Source of the DNA: Flavobacteriales bacterium
GTDB taxonomy: Bacteria > Bacteroidota > Bacteroidia > Flavobacteriales > UBA7312
Length of the DNA: 64,000 bases
NCBI GenBank assembly: GCA_049890295.1
Contig: JBMHBP010000012.1
Span: forward strand, 9,983-73,982
Direction of reading: 5' to 3'
The notes under the pieces are model-generated. The model was not told the origin of the DNA, ran no database searches, and saw only the letters and a program-made list of their open reading frames with translations. The number at the start of each line of letters is the position of its first letter. Within the stretch, counting starts at the first letter, position 1. Of this stretch, positions 56,479-64,000 are shown one piece after another. The translations under genes were made by a program, and so were the position numbers.

Positions 56479-58005
56479 ATGATAAAAGCTTCCCTTATTA
56501 TTACTCTAATTTTAAGTTCAATTATGGTCAAAGCTCAACTTCCTAACGGCAGTTTTGGACCTAATTTTACAGTTTCCGATATCAATGGCAACACCCATAC
56601 TTTATATGACATTCTCGATAGCGGCTACACGGTTGTAATGGATTTGAATGCCACTTGGTGCCAGCCCTGTTGGAATTATCACCAAGGTGGTGAACTAGAG
56701 ACCTTGTGGGAAGAACATGGACCTGCGGGTTGGCCAGGTGTCAGTGAAAACACAACTGATGATGTATTTGTTTTTATGATAGAGTCCGATAACTCAACTG
56801 GAATGAGTCATTTAGATGGTACCGCCGTTAGCTATACATATGGCGATTGGATTACTGGTACAAGTTTTCCTATTGTAGATGATTACAGCGTTTCTCAAGC
56901 TTACGAACTTAGCTATTATCCTACAGTCTTCACAGTATGTCCTAACAGAAGAATAACCGAATCTGGTGCCCTATCAGCGTCAAATCATTATAACACCGTT
57001 GGTCAATGTATTGATGCACAAGAAGGAAAAAATATAGCCATTTATGATTACTTAGGAGAAACTACTACCTGCGATACCGAAGTACATGTAAAAGCTAATT
57101 TTCAAAATATGGGAACTCAGGCAATTAGTGACTTTACAGCCGAAATATTTGAAGGTACTACCTTGTTGGGCTCACAACAATACAACGGTAATCCTATTGA
57201 GCAATATAGCGTTGTAGAATTAGATTTTGGCACTATCAATGTTAGTGGTTTCAATGCCAATATTCAATTAAAAACACTAACGGCCGATGATATGTTGGAA
57301 AGCGATAATTCATTAAGTCAAACCATTGAAAAAGCTAGCATAGGTACCGAAACTATGAATTTGAAAATTACTACCGATAATTTTGGTTCTCAGGTAAGTT
57401 GGAAAATCAAAAATGATCAGGACAGCGTAGTCGCTAGCGGAGGGCCCTATTCCAATTCATCCAATACTACAACATACGAACCCATTGTTCAAGACGATGA
57501 GGACATAAGCTTTTCAACTAGTGGTTGTTATTATTTTGAGGTTTATGATAGTCAAAACAATGGCATGTACAACAGCCCTGCTCACGACGACGGCCCTACT
57601 TTTTTTAGATTAATAAGTAATGGAATAAATGTTGTTGAAATTTTTGGTGATGATTATACCAATACTACTAAACAGAAGTTCATCTATAATTCATCAGCAT
57701 CAATGGACGAAAAGTGGAAAGTAGTAAAAACTTCCGTTTATCCTAACCCTACATCTGGAATGAGTCACTTAAAGCTAGTTAGTAAAGAAGAAATGAAAGG
57801 GGTAGAGCTTTGCATTTTCAACCTACTTGGTGAAGAGATGTCAAAGCAAACCATAAATTTCAACACTGGCGAAAATACCATTCCATTAAATTTAAATGGC
57901 TATAAGGATGGTATCTATAATATTAAACTAGAGTCGTCTAAGTTAAACATATCGCACAAACTACTTCTTTTAAATCAACAATCTTCTTTTTTTACTAAAA
58001 AATAA
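56479..58005 (+). CDS. T9SS-targeted thioredoxin-fold protein (WCQPCW), paralog 1
   Basis: 508 aa. Signal peptide; redoxin-like N-domain with NATWCQPCW (Cys codons 56659..56661 and 56668..56670) and a cis-Pro loop YYPTVF; beta-sandwich middle modules; C-terminal VYPNPTSG...FNLLGEE...DGIYNIKL sorting domain. Confidence 0.75.
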   Translation: MIKASLIITLILSSIMVKAQLPNGSFGPNFTVSDINGNTHTLYDILDSGYTVVMDLNATWCQPCWNYHQGGELETLWEEHGPAGWPGVSENTTDDVFVFMIESDNSTGMSHLDGTAVSYTYGDWITGTSFPIVDDYSVSQAYELSYYPTVFTVCPNRRITESGALSASNHYNTVGQCIDAQEGKNIAIYDYLGETTTCDTEVHVKANFQNMGTQAISDFTAEIFEGTTLLGSQQYNGNPIEQYSVVELDFGTINVSGFNANIQLKTLTADDMLESDNSLSQTIEKASIGTETMNLKITTDNFGSQVSWKIKNDQDSVVASGGPYSNSSNTTTYEPIVQDDEDISFSTSGCYYFEVYDSQNNGMYNSPAHDDGPTFFRLISNGINVVEIFGDDYTNTTKQKFIYNSSASMDEKWKVVKTSVYPNPTSGMSHLKLVSKEEMKGVELCIFNLLGEEMSKQTINFNTGENTIPLNLNGYKDGIYNIKLESSKLNISHKLLLLNQQSSFFTKK

Positions 58006-58056
58006 TTATAATTTAAAGAAATGATTAAATTTGTAAACAACTTTAAAAATACTATT

Positions 58057-59607
58057 ATGAAACAATTTATACCCATGTTATTAGGTCTATTAATGTTAGT
58101 TTTTACATTAGACTCCAATGCTCAGTTAGCAGATGGAACTGTCGTGCCTAATTTTACCACTACAGATGTTAACGGCAACCCTCACGATTTATATGAATAT
58201 TTAGATGCTGGATATACAGTTATTGTTGATATCAGCGCTACTTGGTGTGGACCTTGCTGGAGCTACCATGAGGGTGGCGCATTTGAAGAAATATGGGAAG
58301 CCCATGGACCAGCGGGCGAACCTGGTGTTAGTGAAAATACAACAGATGATGTAGTTATATTGTGGTTTGAAGGTGATCCAGGCACAGCAGAAAGTGAATT
58401 AGAAAATAGCACATTGGGTAATTGGCTAGAGCCAAATGGAAATGCCGTTAATTTTCCTATAATGAATGATAATAATGTTGCTGATTTTTTTGACTTATCA
58501 TTTTACCCAACAATATTCACAATTTGCCCAAACAAAAGAGTTAAGTTGACGGGACAACTCAATGCCACACAACACTATGCTGAATTAGGTAATTGTGAGC
58601 AACCAGTAGAAGGTACTAATGCTGCTTTAACTTCAATGAGCTCTAATATTTCTGCCGTTGGGTGTGAAGCTAGTGCTTCAGGTTCACTTTCTGTTGTCGT
58701 TCAAAACTTTGGAACTTCAACGATAAATTCATTTACCGTTGAAGTAATCGGTAATGGTCAAACAATAGCTTCAGAAGATTTTAATGGTTCTTTAGATGTC
58801 TTTGAAACAACTGAAATTGATTTTGGAAATATTACAGTTGAAACAGAAAATATTGAAATCACTATTACTTCTTCGGACGATGATGCTGAAGATAATACAC
58901 TTACAGAATCTTTTCAGTTCAATACTGGTGAAACTGAAGAAACAGTAACGATTAAATTTCTAACCGATAACTTCGCCAGTGAAACCTATTTAGAAATAAA
59001 AAATGAACTTGGTGAAGTAGTTTGGACTGAAGGAAATGAAAGTGTAGAAGGAAACTATAATACTGGAAATGAAGATGCTCCAACAGACCCAACAACACCA
59101 CTAGCTAACAATACCTCATACGAATGGGATGTAAACCTTACATCTTTAGATTGCTATACTTTCTTTATTGGTGATTTCTTCGGTGACGGACTTGATGCTT
59201 CACAATGGGGTGGTACAAACGGTTCATGGTCGATCGAAAATAATAATGGAGTAGTTATAAGTCAACAAACCGTAGCTAACTTCGGTGGTTCTGATCAATC
59301 CTCTTTCCTAAATAAAGTAGCTGCAGACCCATCTAGTATAGAAGAGTCATTTGCACAATCATTAGCAGTTTATCCAAACCCTGTACAATCAAATACTACT
59401 ATCTCATTTAACTTAAAAGAAAGCTCAAAGGTTAGATTAGATGTATTAAACGTACTTGGAGAAACACTAATCTCATCTAATTATCCAATGAATGCTGGCA
59501 ATAATACTATCGACCTAAACGTTGATAAGTTAACTAGCGGTGTTTACTTTGCCCACCTAACAATTAATGGTGAAACTAATACAGTAAAACTTACCGTTAG
59601 CAAATAA
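58057..59607 (+). CDS. T9SS-targeted thioredoxin-fold protein (WCGPCW), paralog 2
   Basis: I prefer ATG 58057 (MKQFIPMLLGLLMLVF...), with ATG 58021 also possible. SATWCGPCW (Cys codons 58246..58248 and 58255..58257), FYPTIF cis-Pro loop, C-terminal VYPNPVQS...LNVLGET...SGVYFAHL sorting domain. Collinear with paralog 1 over the whole length. Confidence 0.75.
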   Translation: MKQFIPMLLGLLMLVFTLDSNAQLADGTVVPNFTTTDVNGNPHDLYEYLDAGYTVIVDISATWCGPCWSYHEGGAFEEIWEAHGPAGEPGVSENTTDDVVILWFEGDPGTAESELENSTLGNWLEPNGNAVNFPIMNDNNVADFFDLSFYPTIFTICPNKRVKLTGQLNATQHYAELGNCEQPVEGTNAALTSMSSNISAVGCEASASGSLSVVVQNFGTSTINSFTVEVIGNGQTIASEDFNGSLDVFETTEIDFGNITVETENIEITITSSDDDAEDNTLTESFQFNTGETEETVTIKFLTDNFASETYLEIKNELGEVVWTEGNESVEGNYNTGNEDAPTDPTTPLANNTSYEWDVNLTSLDCYTFFIGDFFGDGLDASQWGGTNGSWSIENNNGVVISQQTVANFGGSDQSSFLNKVAADPSSIEESFAQSLAVYPNPVQSNTTISFNLKESSKVRLDVLNVLGETLISSNYPMNAGNNTIDLNVDKLTSGVYFAHLTINGETNTVKLTVSK

Positions 59608-59631
59608 GGATAATTTGCTAAACACAAAAAA

Positions 59632-59671
59632 GGTCAGTAGATTAGCAAAACTAATTTTCTGACCTTTTTTA
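59632..59671 (+). terminator. Rho-independent terminator after the paralog pair
   Basis: GGTCAG (59632..59637) pairs with CTGACC (59659..59664), with inner ATTAG/CTAAT pairing, followed by TTTTTT. Confidence 0.75.
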
Positions 59672-59696
59672 TTAATTAAAAAACCGAACAATTACT

Positions 59697-60188
59697 ATGA
59701 AAAAATTGCTTTTTGCCATTACACTACTTTGTTTTTCTGTAAGTGCTTTTTCTCAAAAAAGAACACTTCCAAAAGTAGATTTAAAAACATTAGACAACGC
59801 TACTATAAGTTCTTCTAGCTTTGACAATGATGGACAACCTATAGTCATCAGCTTTTGGGCTACTTGGTGTAAACCCTGTATTAAAGAATTATCAAACATT
59901 GCCGAGATATATGAAGACTGGCAAGATGAAACAGGTGTAAAAGTTATAGCTATCTCAATTGATGATGCTAGAAATATGTCAAAAGTAAAACCCAAAGTAA
60001 ATGCCGAAATGTGGGAGTATGAAGTGTATTGTGATCCCAACAGCGATTTCAAAAGAGCTATGGGAGTTGGAGGCGTACCGCATACATTTTTACTCAATGA
60101 CAAAAAAGAAATTGTTTACCAACATACTGGCTATAAAGATGGAGATGAGTATGAATTATTTGAAAAGATTAAGCAATATTCTAAATAA
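59697..60188 (+). CDS. TlpA-family periplasmic thiol-disulfide oxidoreductase
   Basis: 163 aa. Signal peptide, ISFWATWCKPCIKELS (Cys codons 59868..59870 and 59877..59879), GVPHTFLLN cis-Pro loop. Confidence 0.85.
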   Translation: MKKLLFAITLLCFSVSAFSQKRTLPKVDLKTLDNATISSSSFDNDGQPIVISFWATWCKPCIKELSNIAEIYEDWQDETGVKVIAISIDDARNMSKVKPKVNAEMWEYEVYCDPNSDFKRAMGVGGVPHTFLLNDKKEIVYQHTGYKDGDEYELFEKIKQYSK

Positions 60189-60191
60189 AGT

Positions 60192-61844
60192 ATGAAAGCA
60201 ACATTTTATTTACTTCTCTTAATTCCTTTTTTAAGCTTTTCACAAGATAATAATCAGGGAGTCATCCAAGGTGATTTTAATTTTACGGCCCAAACTTATT
60301 ACGAAGATTCAACTATCAATGCTAGCCTAGTAGATGAGTTTATGCTCATGAATGGCTACGCTAACATTCTTTACAGCAAAGGTAACTTTATAGCTGGTGT
60401 TCGTTATGAAAGTTATATGAATACCTTGCAAGGTTTCGACACTAGATATAACGGGCATGGTATTCCATATAGATTTGCACAGTATAATGTTCACGGTTTA
60501 GATATCACAGTCGGTAATTTTTACGAGCAATTTGGAAGTGGTATTATTTTTAGAAGTTATGAGGAAAAAAACTTAGGTATTGACAACGTTATGGACGGAA
60601 TTCGCCTAAAGTACTCCCCATTACAAGGGCTAACGCTAAAAGGCTTTGTGGCTAAGCAACGTCTTTATTGGGAACATGGCCCAGGAATTATACGCGGTAT
60701 TGATGGTGAATTTAACCTCAACGAAGCATTCATATCACTAGAGAATAGTAAAACAAGAGCCATTTTTGGAGGTAGTTTTGTAAGTCGCTTTCAAGAAGAT
60801 AACAATCCTGTGTATAACCTTCCTGAAAACGTAGCTGCCTATGCCGTCAGAACTAGTTTAAGTAGAGGGAAAATAGCCTTTAACTCTGAGTACGCTTATA
60901 AGTACAATGATCCTGCTGGCGGTATTACCTTTAATAATTATGCTCCTGGCATGGCTCTAACCTCTAACCTTAGCTACTCCCAAAGAGGATTAGGTATACT
61001 TTTAGAGGCCCACAGAGTAGATAATATGGACTATCGATCCAAGCGGGGTGCCTCGCTCAACGATCTTACACTTAACTACATTCCGGCCATAAGTAAACAA
61101 CACGTCTACACCCTTGCAGCATTTTATCCTTTTGCGACCCAACCATTGGGAGAGTTAGGCTTTCAAGGACAAATCAATTATACCTTCAAAAAGAAAAGCA
61201 AAATTGGCGGCAAATACGGCACTCAACTTACCCTTAATTATTCCCGAATAAATGCTCTAAACAGAGGCTCGTCATTATTGACTGAAAGTGGTAGCCATAC
61301 GCCCATGTTTTTTAGTATTCAGGGAGAAGAGCTGTTTTTTAGAGATTTTAACGTTGATATTAAAAAGAAACTCAATAAAAACGTTAAAATTAATGTGAAT
61401 TACCTCGATATCATTTACAACAAAGATATCATTGAAGGAAAGAGTAATGGTAAAGACATACATGCCAGAATTGGAATTTTAGAAGTCAATTATAAACTAA
61501 AACCCAAACATACCATACGCAGTGAGTTTCAATACCTTTCGGTGGACAAAAGCGATAAGTATTATCAAGATCAAGGTGATTGGCTAATGGGATTAGTAGA
61601 ATACACAATATCACCTCATTGGTTTTTCGCCTTTATGGACCAATATAATGGCGGGTACACCAGCGAAGAAAAAACGTACGATGCCGTACATTATTTAAAT
61701 ATTAGCTGTGGCTACTCCAAAGGCACCAATCGATTTGAACTAGGCTATGGTAAAAAACGAGAGGGTATTTTTTGTGTAGGTGGGGTATGCCGAAACGTAC
61801 CTTCCTCAAATGGCTTTACTCTATCTATAACTTCAAGCTTTTAA
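60192..61844 (+). CDS. Outer-membrane beta-barrel protein, DUF6029-like
   Basis: 550 aa. Signal peptide; AGVRYESY...TVGNFYEQFGSGIIFRSYEEKNLGIDNVMDGIRLKY and C-terminal FCVGGVCRNVPSSNGFTLSITSSF match my memory of the DUF6029 family. 3-nt gap from tlpA. Confidence 0.65.
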   Translation: MKATFYLLLLIPFLSFSQDNNQGVIQGDFNFTAQTYYEDSTINASLVDEFMLMNGYANILYSKGNFIAGVRYESYMNTLQGFDTRYNGHGIPYRFAQYNVHGLDITVGNFYEQFGSGIIFRSYEEKNLGIDNVMDGIRLKYSPLQGLTLKGFVAKQRLYWEHGPGIIRGIDGEFNLNEAFISLENSKTRAIFGGSFVSRFQEDNNPVYNLPENVAAYAVRTSLSRGKIAFNSEYAYKYNDPAGGITFNNYAPGMALTSNLSYSQRGLGILLEAHRVDNMDYRSKRGASLNDLTLNYIPAISKQHVYTLAAFYPFATQPLGELGFQGQINYTFKKKSKIGGKYGTQLTLNYSRINALNRGSSLLTESGSHTPMFFSIQGEELFFRDFNVDIKKKLNKNVKINVNYLDIIYNKDIIEGKSNGKDIHARIGILEVNYKLKPKHTIRSEFQYLSVDKSDKYYQDQGDWLMGLVEYTISPHWFFAFMDQYNGGYTSEEKTYDAVHYLNISCGYSKGTNRFELGYGKKREGIFCVGGVCRNVPSSNGFTLSITSSF

Positions 61845-61847
61845 ATT

Positions 61848-62648
61848 ATGAAATCAACGTTTTTCACGCTATTTACAGCTGTTTTATTTATAACTTCATG
61901 TGACAAAATAGAAAAAGAGGACTTTCTACAAGGAGATAGTAGCGGCACTGTCGATACTACGACGATTGTAAAAAAAGCGCTTATAGAAGACTTTACGGGG
62001 TATAGGTGTAACAATTGCCCTCAGGCCGCTGCTGAACTGCATGCTATTGATTCTCTTTTTGAAGGTAAAATAGTAGGTATAGGTATTCATGTAGGACTTT
62101 TCGCTACACCTTCAGGGAACTTTACGACTGATTTTAGAACAGAAAGCGGTAATGAGCTTGATCAAGTCTTTGATGCATCAAATAATGGACTTCCCATTGG
62201 CATGGTAAATAGAAAAGGGTATCCAAGTGCAGTTTTAAGTCAATATACCGAATGGGCTAGCATGATACCGGACATTTTAAATGAGCCAGCTACAGTAGCT
62301 TTAAAATTATCTGAAAGCAATAATCAAATTACAGTCGAAGCAAAAAAATTAACAGAAATATCAGGAAATTTAAAATTAGTGGTGTGTATCACTGAAGATA
62401 ATATAATTTACAAACAAGTTGATGGCTCAACATTAATTGAGGACTATGAACATGATCACGTACTTAGAACGCACCTTAATGGTACTTGGGGTATTGATAT
62501 TACACTTGACAATGACTACACTAGCTTTAACTATGATTTTTCACTAGAAAACGACTGGGTTCGAAGTAACTGTAATGTCATTGCCTACGTATACAACGAT
62601 AGCAATAAAGAAGTATTACAAGTTGAAAAAATTCATCTCATAGATTAA
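61848..62648 (+). CDS. Omp28-related outer-membrane lipoprotein (thioredoxin-like, CNNC)
   Basis: 266 aa. Lipobox FITSCDK. ALIEDFTGYRCNNCPQAAAEL (Cys codons 62007..62009 and 62016..62018), then GIGIHVG. Confidence 0.65.
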   Translation: MKSTFFTLFTAVLFITSCDKIEKEDFLQGDSSGTVDTTTIVKKALIEDFTGYRCNNCPQAAAELHAIDSLFEGKIVGIGIHVGLFATPSGNFTTDFRTESGNELDQVFDASNNGLPIGMVNRKGYPSAVLSQYTEWASMIPDILNEPATVALKLSESNNQITVEAKKLTEISGNLKLVVCITEDNIIYKQVDGSTLIEDYEHDHVLRTHLNGTWGIDITLDNDYTSFNYDFSLENDWVRSNCNVIAYVYNDSNKEVLQVEKIHLID

Positions 62649-62659
62649 ACACCTTAATA

Positions 62660-63631
62660 ATGTATAAAATCTTAACTTTAATCTTGTCACTTACACTTTC
62701 AGTATCTTCTTTCGGGCAAGGCGTTATATTAAATAGTTCAGAAATAGAAAATGCTAAAAGCTTTCTAGAGGCCTATTTTAGACCAGTGGGAAGTAGTATA
62801 GGTGCAGGTTTAAACAACGGTTGGTACAATACTGCTAAACCCCATAAATTAGCTGGTTTTGACGTTAGTCTGACACTAAATTTAGTTAGTATAACTGACG
62901 AGACAAAATTTTTTAATGTTAATGAACTTAATAATTTTAGTAGTCTGTCAGAAAGGACGCCCACCGTTTTAGGTAATGGAGAAGGTGCTACAATTACCTA
63001 CGATAATAATGAAGGTATTTCTGGAACCTTTACTATGCCAGATCAAGATGTTGAAATTACAGCCGTACCAATTCCTACTTTAAATGTTGGTATTGGCTTA
63101 ATAAAAGGTACAGAGTTGACTATCCGCTATATTCCAGATTATGAATTTGATATGGGTTTTACAGGCAAAGGAACTATTGGCTTGTATGGTGGTGGTATAA
63201 AACATGACATATTACAATGGCTGCCAGTTGTTGACAAACTACCTTTCGATTTATCGGTACAAGCAGCTTTTAGTCAATTAAACACCTCGTTTGAAGTAGA
63301 AAGTCAAAGTGTTAAACAAGAAGTAGGATTAAATGTTAATGCAAGCACATATAATTTAATTCTTTCTAAAAAGTTTTCTGTACTCACAGCGTATTCCAGT
63401 GTTGGCGTAAATAATAGTAAATCACATTTTGTATCAAACACTAATTTTAGATTAGGAAGTACTGAAGTAATTGACTTTAATATTCCACTAACATTAGATT
63501 TTGAGAAGCAAAGTGAAATTCAGGCAGCTTTAGGAGTTCGCCTCAAATTAGCTATTTTTACACTTTATGCTAATCAAACATTTTCGAAATACCCCATCAC
63601 TTCTGCTGGTATTGGGTTAAGTTTTAGATGA
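62660..63631 (+). CDS. Outer-membrane beta-barrel-like protein (DUF6588-like, tentative)
   Basis: 323 aa. Signal peptide, GAGLNNGWYNTAKPHKLAGFDVSL block, C-terminal ..GIGLSFR. Confidence 0.45.
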   Translation: MYKILTLILSLTLSVSSFGQGVILNSSEIENAKSFLEAYFRPVGSSIGAGLNNGWYNTAKPHKLAGFDVSLTLNLVSITDETKFFNVNELNNFSSLSERTPTVLGNGEGATITYDNNEGISGTFTMPDQDVEITAVPIPTLNVGIGLIKGTELTIRYIPDYEFDMGFTGKGTIGLYGGGIKHDILQWLPVVDKLPFDLSVQAAFSQLNTSFEVESQSVKQEVGLNVNASTYNLILSKKFSVLTAYSSVGVNNSKSHFVSNTNFRLGSTEVIDFNIPLTLDFEKQSEIQAALGVRLKLAIFTLYANQTFSKYPITSAGIGLSFR

Positions 63632-64000
63632 GACCATTAATTTTCATACTCACTTTACTTCTTTGTAGTGTCAGTACTTTCAGCCAGAACTTTAAAGCTG
63701 GAGCAATTGCTGGCATTAGTACCTCGCAAGTTTCTGGTGATCAATTAGGAGGATTTAATAAAGTAGGTGTCAAACTAGGTACTTATGTGAATCACCCCAT
63801 CAATGCAGGGACCAGAGGCGAATTATCTATATATTATATTGACAAAGGAAGTAATGATTTAAAGAGTAATTATAAGATTGATTTGTCATACGTTGAAACT
63901 TCATGGTGTTTGCAGAAAACATCCAAAGGATTTATATATGAAGCGGGGCTATTATTTGGTGTACTTGTAGATGGTAAAATTTACGATATTTATGGTTATG
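63628..64000 (+). CDS. Porin-family outer-membrane beta-barrel protein, 3' end off the right window edge
   Basis: Absent from the track because it has no stop in the window. My translation from ATG 63628 (ATGA overlap with the upstream stop) gives MRPLIFILTLLLCSVSTFSQNFKAGAIAGISTSQVSGDQLGGFNKVGVKLGTYVNH...GVLVDGKIYDIYGY, open to position 64000. Confidence 0.6.
   Translation, partial: MRPLIFILTLLLCSVSTFSQNFKAGAIAGISTSQVSGDQLGGFNKVGVKLGTYVNHPINAGTRGELSIYYIDKGSNDLKSNYKIDLSYVETSWCLQKTSKGFIYEAGLLFGVLVDGKIYDIYGY

Noticed and set aside
1-64000. Searched by eye for CRISPR arrays, tRNA/rRNA genes, IS elements, integrases, toxin-antitoxin or phage-defence gene signatures
   Set aside because: I found no direct-repeat/spacer arrays, cloverleaf-like GC-rich intergenic segments, transposase/integrase-like ORFs or nuclease/helicase defence modules. 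The intergenic regions are short and AT-rich. A tRNAscan or Infernal run would be needed to exclude small RNAs formally.

Overview
AT-rich Bacteroidota (Flavobacteriia-type) chromosomal segment with about 70 tightly packed protein-coding genes. I saw no rRNA, tRNA, CRISPR, IS or prophage signal. The lineage call rests on four things: a 2381-aa sprA (T9SS translocon) in a ruvA-sprA-gcvH arrangement, several T9SS C-terminal sorting domains, the cyoE-coxIII-coxIII-coxIV-SCO-DUF420 block, and TAnnTTTG-type promoter boxes. Layout: (i) 1-19.0 kb is a light / photo-oxidative-stress locus. It holds a MerR regulator with the full CarH-type AdoB12 photoreceptor signature, a carotenoid operon (crtI-crtB-orf-idi-crtZ) fused to pterin genes (PTPS-like, folE), and a divergent SDR-MMPL pair. 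It also holds a cupredoxin-3xFAS1 secreted protein, a coupled gpx-SOUL-nei-nudix string, and an SRPBCC/flavin-reductase/phosphoesterase/TonB-receptor string. (ii) 19.3-23.1 kb is housekeeping (gpmI, M20 dipeptidase). (iii) 23.1-27.1 kb is a compact five-gene secreted module: lipoproteins, a Tat-signal alkaline-phosphatase-superfamily protein and a planctomycete-cytochrome-like protein with a CX4CH motif. (iv) 27.1-35.6 kb holds tsaB, an orphan TolC/adaptor pair and cytochrome oxidase subunit/assembly genes. (v) 35.7-45.4 kb is a Wzx/Wzy polysaccharide locus with two sulfotransferases. (vi) 45.4-55.4 kb holds deoC, tonB, vanZ, gcvH, sprA and ruvA. (vii) 55.6-64.0 kb holds T9SS cargo genes and a cluster with four CxxC thioredoxin-fold proteins. 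Two of these are tandem T9SS-tailed WCxPCW paralogs; the others sit in a tlpA / beta-barrel / Omp28-like / barrel operon. The best candidates for something undescribed are three. First, a 32-bp palindrome TTGTATA-N18-TATACAA present exactly three times, each in a promoter region of block (i), which I propose is the CarH operator defining a light regulon. Second, the envelope thiol-redox cluster in block (vii). Third, the secreted module in block (iii). All functional calls come from reading motifs and family signatures by eye. No database search or computation was run.
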